Source of the DNA: Planctomycetota bacterium
GTDB taxonomy: Bacteria; Planctomycetota; B143-G9
Length of the DNA: 64,000 bases
Direction of reading: 5' to 3'
NCBI GenBank assembly: GCA_034521065.1
Contig: JAXHMW010000001.1
Coordinates: forward strand, 28,046 to 92,045
This document shows, piece after piece, positions 1 through 11,200 of the stretch. The notes beneath the pieces were generated by a model, which worked only from the letters and a program-made list of their open reading frames with translations, was not told where the DNA came from and ran no database searches. The stretch's first letter is position 1. Every line of letters begins with the position of its first letter. Made by a program: the position numbers and the translations under genes.

Positions 1-493
1 TATTCCGTAATCCGCGCCCTTGCCGAGGTCCTCGACCACTATGGCCTCGTCGCCGAGTTGGGCGTAGTAGGCTTGGGCGAACGCACCGCCTGCCTTCAGC
101 TCCGGCAGAATCTGAAGGGGCGTCAGGTCGCGCTTTTCGCAAAAAGACTCCGGGACCACGAGTGAACGGTTGATGTGTTCGCAGCCCTGCACAGCGAGCA
201 CGAGACCCGCCTCGTCACAGATGGCGAGCAGTGGCTTCGTGATGGCCTCGGCCACTTCCCTGCTGCCCGAGCTGCCAAGCGGCTTGCCTACCACGGAACT
301 GGTCGAACAACCCACGACAAGCACGTTGCCCTTGCGCGGTTCGTGGCATTCCAGCAAAGTTCGCAAGGCGATTTCTGAATTACGGCCCAGCTCATTCGGG
401 TCGGTCATGGCAGCACTCCTGAGCAATGGCCCGTCCCCTGTTCAAGCCGGGACGGGCCATGAGTTTTCTGTTCACAGTGCGAACCGAAGGTTC

Positions 494-1628
494 TCAGCTC
501 GTCTTGTCTTCTTCGCCGTTCTCTGCCTTTTCGTCCGTTTCGTCCTTACCGTCGTCTTTCGGCTCAGACTTCTCCGCATCGAAGACCATGTCCTCGGGCT
601 CCTGGCCCGCGGTGGGAAGCATTCCGGTGGCGAGCCTTATCTCCTTCTCGATCGCGTTCGCGATGTCCTGGTTCTCCACGAGGAAGTCCACAGACTTTTC
701 GAAACCCTGTCCGAGCCTCGTCTCGCCGTATGAGAACCACGCGCCAGCCTTTTGGACGACGTCGTTTTCCACGCCGAGGTTGATAAGAGCGCCTTCGTGT
801 GTTATTCCGCGGTCGAAGAGTATCTTCAAACTCCGCGCGCCTGAACGGCGGGGCCACCTTGTTCTTGGCGACCACCGAGCGAATTTTGGAGCCGATTATC
901 CTGTCGCCCACCTTGATGGAGCCGATGCGCCTCACGTCGATTCGGACGCTCGAGTAGAACTTCAACGCACGGCCACCGCTTGTTACCTCGCCGCTTCCGT
1001 AGGAGAAACCGCCCATGCCGATCTTCTGACGAATCTGGTTGATGAATATCATCACGCAGCGGCTCTTGGCTATGGCGGAGGTGAGTTTTCTCAAAGCCTG
1101 GCTCATGAGTCTCGCCTGCAGCCCGACGTGCTGGTCGCCCATCTCTCCATCAAGTTCCGCCTTGGGCACGAGCGCTGCCACGGAATCCAGTACCACCACG
1201 TCAACCGAGTTGGAACGCACGAGCACCTCTGCGATGTCCAGCGCCTGCTCACCGTAGTTCGGCTGAGCGAGCAGAAGTTCGTCCACCTTGACACCCATTT
1301 TGCGGGCGTATGCCGGGTCGAGCGCGTGTTCGGCGTCTATGAAGGCGGCGGTTCCGCCCATCTTCTGCGCGTTGGCCACGCAGTGCAGGGCGAGCGTAGT
1401 CTTGCCGGAGGCTTCCGGCCCGAAAATCTCCACTACACGGCCGCGAGGCAGCCCCCCGACTCCGAGAGCGAGGTCGAGCGAGAGCGCCCCGGTGGGGATG
1501 GCCTCGGTCTGCAGAACTCGCTCGTCGCCCATCCTCATGATTGCGCCCTTGCCGTATTCCTTCTCGATGGAGTTGAGCGCCACGTCCAGCGAGCTCTTGT
1601 CCTTCTTGCGGGCCTTGCTTTTCGCCAT
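494..1628 (-). CDS. recA: Recombinase RecA, split by an apparent -1/+1 frameshift near 825-845: N-terminal 264 aa in frame of ORF 564..1628, C-terminal 111 aa in ORF 494..829
   Basis: Translation carries the RecA Walker A motif [12 protein letters not shown] and the conserved C-terminal block [38 protein letters not shown]. The two pieces together give ~350 aa of collinear RecA. A strong GGAGG ribosome-binding site precedes the ATG at 1628. Confidence 0.93.
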
Positions 1629-1744
1629 TTGATCCTCCTGAAAATGAAAGCCGCCCCTGTGTGAATCGGGGATGTTACAAGTTTGATGCCTGCGGCATCA
1701 TTTTAACCTCTTTGTACGAAGATATAAGGGTACCTCGAATATTT

Positions 1745-1895
1745 GGTTTCGTAGCAAAACGAGCGAGGCAAAGTCAGGCGAGAAAGACATGGTGTTTCGA
1801 CGGAAGTAATAGCCTCGGCTATACTTAAGGAAGAATCGTCTTGACGACGAAGCATGGCGAAGCCGTAGCCGTTTGCAGTTAAACCGTTTTTTCCG
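1745..1895 (+). repeat. Intergenic repeat element, copy 1 (family shared with 19605-19780 and 12578-12653)
   Basis: Shares a 5' block tttcgtagcaaaacgagcgaggcaaagtcaggcgag and a 3' block aagcatggcgaagccgtagccgtttgcagttaaaccgtttttt with the other copies. It lies in the recA 5' region. Confidence 0.55.
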
Positions 1896-1918
1896 AAGTG
1901 ACCATAAGTGAGCCGGTG

Positions 1919-2770
1919 CTATTTCGACGGTGTCGAACCAAACAGACTTTCGGTCGCCGGAGGTGATATCACATCGGAGCCCGCGGTTCGCCCTACGTTT
2001 ACTATCATAGAAGGCGAGAAAGGCGGCGCGATTTGCATCTGCGGCGCGTTCTCGCGACCATGCATGCGCTTTTCGTACTCTCTGCGGACGTGTTCGGGAG
2101 TGTTGCGTTCGGTACTGAGATGGCCGAACATCACCATTCTCGGCCCCGAGCCGGAGGCCACCAGACCCGTCACGAAGTCCGACGCCTTCTCGTTCTTCAG
2201 GTGATTCCAGGAGTTGGGGTTCGGATGCAGCCGAAGAAGACCGCTGTCGTGATTGGATTCGAGATACAACATGTCGCAGTCGGCGAGCCTCGGAGCAAGC
2301 CCCCTTGCATGTTTGAGGTCGGTCGCGAAACCTATCTTCACTCCCTCGCCTCCGATGACGAATCCGCGGTTGGGCGCCTTGGGCGTATGTTCCACCGGAA
2401 AGGATTCCACGCTGAGGTCGGAGACCTTGAAGGGAATGTCCTCGAACAGCTCTACATGGCAGTCCGAAAGGGCCTTTGCGCACTTCTCCGAGCGCGCGAT
2501 GCGGTCTGCGGTCTCAATGGAGAGGAACAAGGGTACCGCCATGGAGGACATGACCCGCAGGCTGTGGTAGTTGACGTGATCCCGGTGGGCGTGTGATATG
2601 ACCACGCCTCGTACGGGTCCGAAGTTTTCGCGGATGTAGTTCAGGGCATCGCGAAATCGCCGCTGAGAGGAGAATCCGGCATCGAATACTACGGCACCGC
2701 CCGGGCTGCCAACGACCGTACAGTTGCCGGAACTGGAGGAAATCAAAGTTGAGAATGCGAGTCCGCTCAT
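1919..2770 (-). CDS. MBL-fold metallo-hydrolase (beta-lactamase superfamily)
   Basis: HAHRDH (HxHxDH) metal-binding motif in a 283-aa intact ORF. Confidence 0.75.
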   Translation of the reverse strand: MSGLAFSTLISSSSGNCTVVGSPGGAVVFDAGFSSQRRFRDALNYIRENFGPVRGVVISHAHRDHVNYHSLRVMSSMAVPLFLSIETADRIARSEKCAKALSDCHVELFEDIPFKVSDLSVESFPVEHTPKAPNRGFVIGGEGVKIGFATDLKHARGLAPRLADCDMLYLESNHDSGLLRLHPNPNSWNHLKNEKASDFVTGLVASGSGPRMVMFGHLSTERNTPEHVRREYEKRMHGRENAPQMQIAPPFSPSMIVNVGRTAGSDVISPPATESLFGSTPSK

Positions 2771-2899
2771 TGTCAGAAAATGATATCTACCTTTAGCTGC
2801 GACCCCTTTCGTTTTTCCCTCAAATTCGCTCCCCCGCCGAGAAACGAAACAGGTGCCCCAACTGCGAGTATGATTTGTGTCACTAAATCCGGAGAGTTG

Positions 2900-4369
2900 A
2901 TGAAAACGACCTTCCCCGCCATTCTCCTTGTGCTGCTGTTCGCCCTGGCATGCTCCGCGTGCGCTGAAGCGCCCGAAGAGAAAGACTCGAAGCTCTCCGT
3001 CACTTCACTGTGCGTACTCATGGCGGACAACCTTGAGGAGTTCTGCGAGTCCGGCGGATTCGCGCTCATATCACCGGCGAACGACAATCTCTTCGTTGCG
3101 CGCTCGAAAGGCGCGCAGACCAAGCTTTTGCTGAACTCGAAGGACATCACACCGGACGGCTGCACCGGATTCATCTCCGCCGCCTTCGCCCCCGACAACA
3201 CGCTCGCTTTCGCATACTCGACCCACGAAGGCTGCTTCGTTTCCGTGAGAGAAAGACAACAGAAGTTCGGATCGTACCGTTCTGTCAGGGAGAACTCGCT
3301 GCTGTTCAGTCCGGACTCGAAGAGGCTCGCGTTCATAGCGGGTGTGCAACGCCCGCGCGAAGCCGTCGTGCTGGACGGAGAGAAGGGAGAGGGTTACACG
3401 GAGATATGCGAGTTCATCTTCTCGCGCGACTCGCGCAGGTTCGGCTTTATCGGGCGAAACGGCAACGAGTACGCGCTCGTTGTGAAAGGCAAGGTGAGCG
3501 ACCGCTACACGGCCTACCGTAACCTTCGCTTTTCCACCGCCCGGCGCGGATACGCGGTCATGGCCATGGACAAGGGCGAATGGTTCCCGCTGCTGGGTTC
3601 GCGCAGGGGCGCTGGTTGTTTCGGTGCTGCAAGCGAGTTCGTATTCGACTCTCGCGGTAAGCGCTGCGTTTTCGTTGCCGAGACCGAAGAGGGCAAGGTG
3701 CTGTTCGAAAACGGCAAGCCCACCAAGTGGACAGACGTACAGCGCCCGTTCTTCGGCCCACGAGACAAGCTGACCTTTGTGCAGACCAGAAAGGGCAGAC
3801 AGTTCCCCGTTGTGGACGGAGCGGCGCTCAAGAGCTACGACCGTGTGCGGTTGATGCTCTTCTCTCCGGACGGCAAGAGGTTTATCCACACCGCGTTCAT
3901 GGGGCAGATGGAAGTGATGATGGAGAACGGCTCGTTCGACGAGGAGTTCCATCACGTCATCGAACCTGTCTTTACGCCGGACGGCGGCCATCTCGCCTTC
4001 GCGGGCCAGTTCATGAAGGATGTGACTTTGGTGGTGGACAAGCTTAAACCTGCCATTTGCAAGGGCACCGACGCCTTTGCGGTCACGATTTCAGACGACG
4101 CGAAGCACAGCGCCCTCTTCGTGGTCAACGGCGAAAGGGTGAGCCTCGTTGTTGACGGGAAACAGCTTGCGGAGTACTATAAGTTCGACCCTTGGTGTTT
4201 CGGAGCCGGTTTCACCGCCTACCGGGCTGAACAGGCTGCGGCCTTTGCCCGTGGCGAAATTCCCGAAGCGGCGCAACGCATGTTCAGAATCAGCATCGAG
4301 GACGGTGGATTCAGGTATTTCGCGGTTCAGGACGGCAAGTTCGTTCGAGTGGAGGGCGAATTCAAATGA
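2900..4369 (+). CDS. Lipoprotein with TolB-like / beta-propeller 'SPDGKR(L)AF' repeats, function unknown
   Basis: Signal peptide MKTTFPAILLVLLFALACSAC with a lipobox-like Cys. Repeated FSPDGKRLAF, FSRDSRRFGF and FTPDGGHLAF motifs. A GGAGAG ribosome-binding site precedes the ATG at 2900. The ORF-finder start at 2780 is probably too far upstream. Confidence 0.6.
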   Translation: MKTTFPAILLVLLFALACSACAEAPEEKDSKLSVTSLCVLMADNLEEFCESGGFALISPANDNLFVARSKGAQTKLLLNSKDITPDGCTGFISAAFAPDNTLAFAYSTHEGCFVSVRERQQKFGSYRSVRENSLLFSPDSKRLAFIAGVQRPREAVVLDGEKGEGYTEICEFIFSRDSRRFGFIGRNGNEYALVVKGKVSDRYTAYRNLRFSTARRGYAVMAMDKGEWFPLLGSRRGAGCFGAASEFVFDSRGKRCVFVAETEEGKVLFENGKPTKWTDVQRPFFGPRDKLTFVQTRKGRQFPVVDGAALKSYDRVRLMLFSPDGKRFIHTAFMGQMEVMMENGSFDEEFHHVIEPVFTPDGGHLAFAGQFMKDVTLVVDKLKPAICKGTDAFAVTISDDAKHSALFVVNGERVSLVVDGKQLAEYYKFDPWCFGAGFTAYRAEQAAAFARGEIPEAAQRMFRISIEDGGFRYFAVQDGKFVRVEGEFK

Positions 4370-4863
4370 GTGACGGACCGTTGGTGTCGATTATCCTGGC
4401 GGTATCAGCGAACGGCGTAATCGGTCGGGAAGGCGGCCTTCCATGGTCTCTTCCGACAGACCTGCAACGATTCATGCAACTTACTCTCGGCTCGACTGTA
4501 ATCATGGGAAGGCTCACGGCGGAATCCATAAGGAATCCTCTTCGAGAGCGTACCAATATCGTGCTGACAAGCGGCCCGAAGCTCGGCAGGGGGTTCGAGA
4601 CCGCACATTCGCTCGACGAGGCACTTCGGATGTGCGAAAGCGGGAAAGAGGTCTTCGTCATCGGTGGCAGGCGGGTTTACGAGGAGGCCATGCCGCGGGC
4701 CGACAGGTTATATGTAACCCGCGTGATGGCACAGGTCGAAGGGGATGTCAGGTACATGCCGTCCGTGGACGGCAGTTGGCGAATAGTCAGGTCAGAAGGC
4801 CCGATTACGAGCAGCAAGGACGATCACCCGTACCTGTTCGAGATATACGAGCGAGTCAGATAG
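4366..4863 (+). CDS. folA: Dihydrofolate reductase
   Basis: Motifs ISIILAVSANGVIGREGGLPW, LTSG, VFVIGGRRVYEEAMP; 165 aa. The start overlaps the upstream stop (ATGA). Confidence 0.9.
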   Translation: MSDGPLVSIILAVSANGVIGREGGLPWSLPTDLQRFMQLTLGSTVIMGRLTAESIRNPLRERTNIVLTSGPKLGRGFETAHSLDEALRMCESGKEVFVIGGRRVYEEAMPRADRLYVTRVMAQVEGDVRYMPSVDGSWRIVRSEGPITSSKDDHPYLFEIYERVR

Positions 4864-5335
4864 TGCGATACCTGAGTTCCATGTAAGTCTTGAAGCCCAG
4901 AGAGTTCCAGAACGCCATTGACTGTTCGTTGCCGACCGCGGCCTTGAGTTCCACCCTCTTAATCTTCTTGAAGCGAAACCACTCGACAGCTGCGTTGAAG
5001 AGCCTGCGTCCGACTCCACGCCTTCTGTGACGTTCGGTCACCATCAGGTCAACTATGTAGCCGTAACGCCCCCTCGGCCGCATTGGCGGATTGTCCTTGA
5101 CCGCCGCGAGGCAGTAGCCTACCGGCGCGCCCGCGATGTCCGCGACGAACAACCTAACGCCCGCCTTGCGAATCATGTTGGAGAAAAACGCCCGCATCGC
5201 GCTCTTCCAGTTCGGAGAAAGCTCCCAAAGCGGGTCAATAGCGGCGTGAAGGTCCTGCAGTTCCTTGCAAAGCCGCACGAGCGCCGCGATGTCTTCTCGT
5301 TGTGCCTCTCTGACAAGGAGCGTTGCGCGCATCAT
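4856..5335 (-). CDS. GNAT family N-acetyltransferase
   Basis: RRRGVGRRLF acetyl-CoA binding motif (R/Q-x-x-G-x-G/A); 159 aa. Confidence 0.75.
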   Translation of the reverse strand: MMRATLLVREAQREDIAALVRLCKELQDLHAAIDPLWELSPNWKSAMRAFFSNMIRKAGVRLFVADIAGAPVGYCLAAVKDNPPMRPRGRYGYIVDLMVTERHRRRGVGRRLFNAAVEWFRFKKIKRVELKAAVGNEQSMAFWNSLGFKTYMELRYRTI

Positions 5336-7336
5336 TCACTCCTTCTGTTCTGCCTGTGAAGGCGGGGTTCTCAAAGTCCTCAGAAACAGGTATATCTTCA
5401 GGGCCTCTTGCTGTGAGAGGCCGAAGTCGTCCATATCGGTGTCAGGCTGGATGTCTCCCGCCCTTTTGAGCCACGAAACCATGAATTCCGGCGTGACCTT
5501 CACTCCGATGTTGGAAAGATCGGGTCCTGTGTAAGCGGCAATTCCCCTGCCGTACACCTTGTGGCAGCGCACGCAGAAGTTCTTCTGGAAAAGCTGTTCG
5601 CCTTCCCTCAGGGCCTCTCTTCCTTGTGGAATATCCTCCGTCAGCGCCACCGGCAGTTTACCTTTCAGCGTTGAAAGGTAAGCAGCGAGATCCGCTGTCT
5701 CGTGCGGTTGAAGCATGGGGTCGGGCATATCGCTGTGGTTGAGAACTTCGTACGGCGCGGACAGCCAATGCTCCAGCCAGCCCGTGCGAACCTTGTCGCC
5801 TGTGAGCGCGAGGTTGGGCCCCTGCAGGCGCGGGAACTTCTCCTTGCCCTCCTTGCGCGTAAGACCGGCCGGAACCGGAGCGACAGAATGACACTGGTAG
5901 CACTGCTTGTGAAAAAACAGTATCCGGCCCCTACTTTCGGCTTTGCGATAGGGCTCGCCGGAATCGAGAGCGCGAGATGGTTCGAAATCCCTCAACGACA
6001 TGAGAAATGCCACAATGGGTTCCGACTCGTCGCTTGCGAGCATAAAGTTCGGCATCGCTACCTCCCGCTCGACAATCTCTTCGAACGAGCGGACGTGAGA
6101 GAGGTAGTCCAGCAGAGTTTCGTGAGCTTCGACGCCATCCCTTCGCGGCATGTCTTTGAAAGGCAGGTCGAGAACCGGACGGGAAGCAAACCCCGCGAGC
6201 GACGGACCTATCTTGCGTTCCAGCGAGGAGCCGTCGGTGGTGTGGCATGCGAGACAGTAGTTGTCGTCGAACAGCTTGCGCCCTGCTACGGGGTCTCCAC
6301 CGGCTTTCATTCCCGCGTAAGGGTCGGACGAGCCTCCGGTGGAAGTGGTGAGATAAGCGACGAGTATTCGCTTTTGTTCCTCACCGAGGGAATAGACGGG
6401 CATCCGCGAAAAAGGAAGGATTTCGCGAGGGTCGGAAAACCACCAGTTGAGCCAGCTTCGGCGATAGCGGAAGCCTGCGCCGGTGAGTATGGGGCCTTCG
6501 TCGCCGCCCTCGGGAAACTGCGGGGTGACATGGCACCTGTCGCAGCCGAGTCTGTCGAACTCGTTCTGTCCCTCGGTCGCGTCACCGGGGCGGAGCAGTC
6601 CGTACGGGGGCGGCGTGCGAAACTCCTCGAGCGAGTCGAGATATGCTCCGAGGTCGTTCGCAGCTTCTTCGGAAAATCCGTAGTAGGGCATGGTGCGGGT
6701 GACGGTTACGAGGGGTTTCTCCTGTGTCAGCAGCGCGATGAGGTATTCGGCGCGCAGTTTCTGCACGAGCTTTATCAGGTCGATGCGCTCGGTGTGGCGG
6801 TAAAGCCGGGGAATGGAGTGACATTCTGCGCAGCCAAGTCGCCGCACAAGCGTCCTGCCGTAACCGGGGCCGGAAGAGGAAGCCTGTACGTACTCCTGCC
6901 TGTGACAGACCGTGCAGGAAGAACGGGCCCGCCAGAGCATGTCATTCAGGGCGGGCCGCAGTGCGCCTGTCACGCCGTGGGCCTGCTCATGGTCGAGAGA
7001 GCGTCCGTCGCCGCCGTGGCAGGACGTGCAGCCGTAGGCGAAGTACGGGTGTTGCCGGTGCGCATAGTTGGACGCAAGAACATCTTCGGGCAGGTGACAG
7101 GTGAGGCATCGGTCCACAATGCCATCCGAAGCGACGAATACCTGGCGCATCTGCGGTGAGGCGTCCGGGTTCAATTTGAAAAAGTGGCCGTGCCAGGAAG
7201 GCGATGATTCGAGTGCCAGCGTTACTGCCAGTGCGACAAGCAGCAGCACAGCGGCCACGGTCAAGGCGATAACCCATTGTGTCAGCGTCCGGCCGGTATC
7301 CTTCACATTCTTCCCTGGTCGAAATGAAGTCTGCAT
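5336..7336 (-). CDS. Multihaem c-type cytochrome (8 CxxCH motifs) with an N-terminal membrane anchor
   Basis: Eight haem-binding CxxCH motifs: CLTCH, CTSCH, CTVCH, CAECH, CDRCH, CLACH, CYQCH, CVRCH. N-terminal transmembrane helix WVIALTVAAVLLLVALAVTLAL. 666 aa, intact. Confidence 0.85.
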   Translation of the reverse strand: MQTSFRPGKNVKDTGRTLTQWVIALTVAAVLLLVALAVTLALESSPSWHGHFFKLNPDASPQMRQVFVASDGIVDRCLTCHLPEDVLASNYAHRQHPYFAYGCTSCHGGDGRSLDHEQAHGVTGALRPALNDMLWRARSSCTVCHRQEYVQASSSGPGYGRTLVRRLGCAECHSIPRLYRHTERIDLIKLVQKLRAEYLIALLTQEKPLVTVTRTMPYYGFSEEAANDLGAYLDSLEEFRTPPPYGLLRPGDATEGQNEFDRLGCDRCHVTPQFPEGGDEGPILTGAGFRYRRSWLNWWFSDPREILPFSRMPVYSLGEEQKRILVAYLTTSTGGSSDPYAGMKAGGDPVAGRKLFDDNYCLACHTTDGSSLERKIGPSLAGFASRPVLDLPFKDMPRRDGVEAHETLLDYLSHVRSFEEIVEREVAMPNFMLASDESEPIVAFLMSLRDFEPSRALDSGEPYRKAESRGRILFFHKQCYQCHSVAPVPAGLTRKEGKEKFPRLQGPNLALTGDKVRTGWLEHWLSAPYEVLNHSDMPDPMLQPHETADLAAYLSTLKGKLPVALTEDIPQGREALREGEQLFQKNFCVRCHKVYGRGIAAYTGPDLSNIGVKVTPEFMVSWLKRAGDIQPDTDMDDFGLSQQEALKIYLFLRTLRTPPSQAEQKE

Positions 7337-7450
7337 GTAACGGTACGCACCATTATAACGTAGTTGAGGAGCAAACGGTACGGAACAAATGTCATATTAT
7401 TGCTGAAATTTCGCGTTTTTGCGCTATAATTCCCCGTTAGCACGATTTGT

Positions 7451-7804
7451 GTGGGAGTGACACCTTTGACTGACGAACTTCACGAGTCGCTGTGTGAAAA
7501 GTGTGGCAGATGCTGCCATGCCAAGGTTCTGGTGGACGGGGTGGTCTATTTCACCCGAGGCCATTGTAGATTTCTTGATGCGGCATCGGGTCTCTGTTCA
7601 GTCTATGACAGGCGTTTTGAACTCAACAATGAGTGCATTCCCGTAGCCAGAGCCGTACAGCTCGGAGCACTTCCCGGGGATTGCCCCTATGTTCCAAACA
7701 GGCGCAATTACAGCGGCCCGAAGCCGTTTGAAGAGCTGGTCGCTTCGCTCGGCGAGGAATTTGCTGAAAAAGCTGCCCGTGAGGCGCTTGAAGGACATTG
7801 CTGA
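7451..7804 (+). CDS. YkgJ-family cysteine-cluster protein (CxxCxxCC putative Zn/Fe-chelating domain, UPF0153)
   Basis: CEKCGRCCH motif plus the downstream Cys pattern typical of the family. GTG start at 7451. Confidence 0.6.
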   Translation: MGVTPLTDELHESLCEKCGRCCHAKVLVDGVVYFTRGHCRFLDAASGLCSVYDRRFELNNECIPVARAVQLGALPGDCPYVPNRRNYSGPKPFEELVASLGEEFAEKAAREALEGHC

Positions 7805-8241
7805 ACGACCGATACCTAAACCATGAGCCGGGCAGGGAACGTAATATGGCAACTGATGACATTCTCACCAGGGCTGAGTGGACCGAGCGCGTTGTCGCCG
7901 TCGCGAACAACGTCATTGATGAGAACGAAGACCTATTTACGGAAAAAAAGGACAAGTCGTTCTTCGAGGACATGGTCCTCGACAGGGTCGAAGCCTACCT
8001 GAAAGGTTCGGCCGTACTTCACGCTGCACGCTATGAGTTCGTGAAGTACTGCGTTGGCGCAGAACATACCACAAGACCTGTGGAAGAAGAATGCAAGGGA
8101 CTGGAACGCTGTGCTGTACGGCGTTTCGTATCATTGCGCCTGTTTCGACGTTACAAAGATGGTTATGAAGATACTGTCGGACGAGGCTCCGAGACGCAAG
8201 AACCCCGTCTCACTGGACGAATGACGGAAAGGCCCCGATGA
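7798..8241 (+). CDS. Hypothetical protein (probable true start ATG at 7846)
   Basis: Intact ORF with no recognisable motif. It ends four nucleotides after the start of the next gene. Confidence 0.4.
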   Translation: MLNDRYLNHEPGRERNMATDDILTRAEWTERVVAVANNVIDENEDLFTEKKDKSFFEDMVLDRVEAYLKGSAVLHAARYEFVKYCVGAEHTTRPVEEECKGLERCAVRRFVSLRLFRRYKDGYEDTVGRGSETQEPRLTGRMTERPR

Positions 8242-11200
8242 AGACAATCGATGAGTTGGCGATCGAAAAAACGCTGAACGGTGAAGCGGAAGCCTTCGCC
8301 GACATCGTCATGCGTCACCGAATGGCGGTTATGCGCCTTTGTCTTTTTGCCTGCGGCGAATACGAAACCGCGAGCCGCATGCTCCGTCGCACTTTCCTCG
8401 CCTTCGCAAACCACATGGTCTCGCATCGCAATCAGGGCGACGTACACAACCTGCTCATAAACCACGCCGCACAGGTCATAAGCAGTTGGGAGAAGCGCGG
8501 CTCAAGACGTGTCGGTAAAATAGAAAATCTGAGAAACAACCTCGAACAGGCCTTCTACTTCCCTTCAGAAGAGCTTGAAAGGCTCAAGAACACCTCGATG
8601 GCTGAGTTGCAGAAGAGCTTTGTCAACGTCGCGGTGGCACTGGGCAAGTATCCCGTGCACCAGAAGCTCGTCATGGGCCTGAAGGCTTTCGAGGGTCGCT
8701 CGTACAACAACATCGCCAAGCTTTCCGGCATTGATCCGAAAAAGATACAGACCATAGTCGAGGACTTCCGCAAGTCCATTCTCGGCGGTTATAAGACAGA
8801 TGACGATGAAGAAGCCGAACTGGAGCAGATGCTTGGGCTTTTCGTTGACAACGAGCTTGCTCCCATCAAGGCCGCGCGTTTGCAGGAAGAGCTTAAGCAA
8901 AATGACCGTTTGCGCAAGCGCATGTCGGAGTTCATCCAGCTTCGCGACAGGCTGACGAGCGCGTTTGCGTACTTCGCCCCTCCCGACGACATCGTCGAGC
9001 AGATTATCAAGGGGATGCCCGACCCCAAGCGACTGCTCTCCGTCCCCCGCTTCGGTGAGATTGCCACGGCAATGGGCTTCGTCGAGCAGGAGGCCATCGA
9101 GGCAGCCCTGAAGGAGCAAAGGAAGCTCAAGGCCCGGGGGCACGATGAGCTTCTGGGTTCCATACTCGTTGAACGGGGCAGCATGGACAAAAAGACCGTT
9201 CAGCGTGTTCTGGAGGTGCAGGGAGAACAGGGCAAGCCTGAAACCCTTGCGGACTGCGAAATAGTGGAGCAGGTGGGCAAGGGCGGCATGGGTGTCGTGT
9301 ATCGCGCTCATCAGCAGAGCATGGGCAGAGATGTCGCAGTCAAGGTGCTGTATCCCAAGCTGGCGAAGGACGAGAAGTTCGTCGAGAGCTTCCTCACAGA
9401 GGGCAAAGCGGTTGCGCACCTTGCACACCCGAACGTGGTCACGGGTATTGATGTCGGAGAGCACCAGGGCTTCATCTACCTGATAATGGAGTTCGTGGAC
9501 GGCCCGACCCTGCGCGAATGGCTCGGGGAGCACGAGGTGATGGACGAGTCCACCGCCCTCGACATGGCCATCCAGGTCTCCGCCGCTCTCGACTACGCTT
9601 ACAAGAACAACTTCATTCACCGCGACATTAAGCCCGACAACATCATGCTCGACCGCAACGGCGTGGCGAAGGTCTGCGACCTCGGTCTCGCCATTAGTGG
9701 CGAACAGGACCTCTTCGACGAGGACGGCGTTGTGGGCACCCCGCACTACCTTTCACCGGAACAGGCCCGGGGAGAGCGCAATCTTGATACTCGCTCGGAT
9801 ATCTATTCCTTCGGCGCAACCCTCTACCACGTCTTGACCGGCTCGACACCCTATTCCGGCGAGGATTCGCGCGAGATCATGGAAAAACATGCTTTCAGCG
9901 ATATACAGCCTCCGAGCGAGCGCAATCCGGATATCTCAGAGGCGTTCGAGTCCATCATCATGAAGATGATGGCCCGTGACCGTGACCTGCGCTATCCCAC
10001 CCCCGGCGATTTGCAGCGCGACCTCGAACTGCTCAAGGCAGGCAAGCGCCCCGTGGCCTATCAGGAGAAGCTGATACTTGAAGGCAAGCTCGATCCCAAG
10101 ATGCTTTTCCATGCAGACCGCACTCCGCAGCTGGTAATCGGCATCGTGGCTTTCCTCGTAATAACCCTGACAGGCATGTACTTCCTGTTCCAGGAATCCA
10201 TCATGCCGCAACAAGAGACCACTTCCTCGTACACTCCGCCTCCCACTCCCACTCCGACGGTACTCAGAAGCGGCGAGTTCTTCGTGCCGTCAATCTCGCC
10301 CGAGCAGGCGAAGGCCGATTACGAGAAACTCGAACAGATGGCAGAGGCCTCAGAAGACCCCTATCAGCTCGCCATAGCATGCGGCACGTTCATTGAGAAG
10401 TATCCGGGAACCAAGTTCATTCAGAAGGTCCTGGAGTTACGCATAGAGGCGTTCAACGCTCACAACAAGCTGGTAGAGGCAGAAATCGAGAAACGCTTCA
10501 AGAAGGCCAAAGAATTGGTCACGCATGAAGAGTATGTCGCAGCACTGAATCACATGTACGGCCTGCCGGAACACATGCGAGCCTCTCCTGCATTCAATAA
10601 GGTAAAGGACAAGATAGACGAGATAAACATAGCCATCGAGGACGTTGTTTTCGAGGAAGTTGACGTTTCCCTCGAGCTTGCAGGTCAGGAAGAATTCACA
10701 GAGGCGACGGACAAACTGAAAGAGCTTATCAACAAGGTTCCACCCGAATACGTACAGCAGATCAGCAACACACTCGTCCGCATCGAGAAGGAAAAGTACT
10801 TCTATGTCATCAGCCTCGGCAAGAACGCGCTGACGAAGATTCTTTCGTATTTCATCGAGGGCGAGTTCGACCAAGCCGACAAGCTCGTGAAAAAGCTGAC
10901 TACCGACCCCGCTTTCGCCGAATTCGCGCCGATGATTGAACAGAGCAAGAATTTCTTCTCCTCGATTCGCTCTGTGATAGAACACGCGATGAAAAGAGCG
11001 AAGGAACTGGAGGGCGGTACGGTAATCCTTCGCCTCGATAACGGTTCAGAGGTTCAGTCCCGCATTCTGAAGGTGAATGACGATAGCACGCTGGATGTCA
11101 TATTTATGGCCGCGGGAGAGAAAAAGACCCTTTCCATTTCCGACCTGTCCTCTTATTGCATCGCGGATCTTGCAAGAAGTTCAATAAGTAACCTGCCTGC

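Noticed and set aside
426-1664. 412-aa plus-strand ORF overlapping recA
   Set aside because: It is antisense to a gene identified beyond doubt, and its translation is low-complexity.
1629-1760. Possible LexA/SOS box in the recA leader (GTAC…GTAC, CGAA…TTCG partial palindromes)
   Set aside because: There is no convincing match to any established LexA-box consensus. The region is largely occupied by the intergenic repeat element.
5702-7159. 485-aa plus-strand ORF inside the multihaem cytochrome gene
   Set aside because: It is antisense to a gene with eight CxxCH motifs. This is typical high-GC antisense read-through.
7393-7430. Sigma70 promoter for the YkgJ-like gene (TTGCTG … TATAAT)
   Set aside because: The -10 box is perfect, but the best -35 candidate gives a 19-nt spacer. 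This is too weak to list as a feature.
8565-9746. 393-aa minus-strand ORF inside the sigma-kinase gene
   Set aside because: It is antisense to clear kinase motifs and shows a Leu/Val/His-rich composition artefact.
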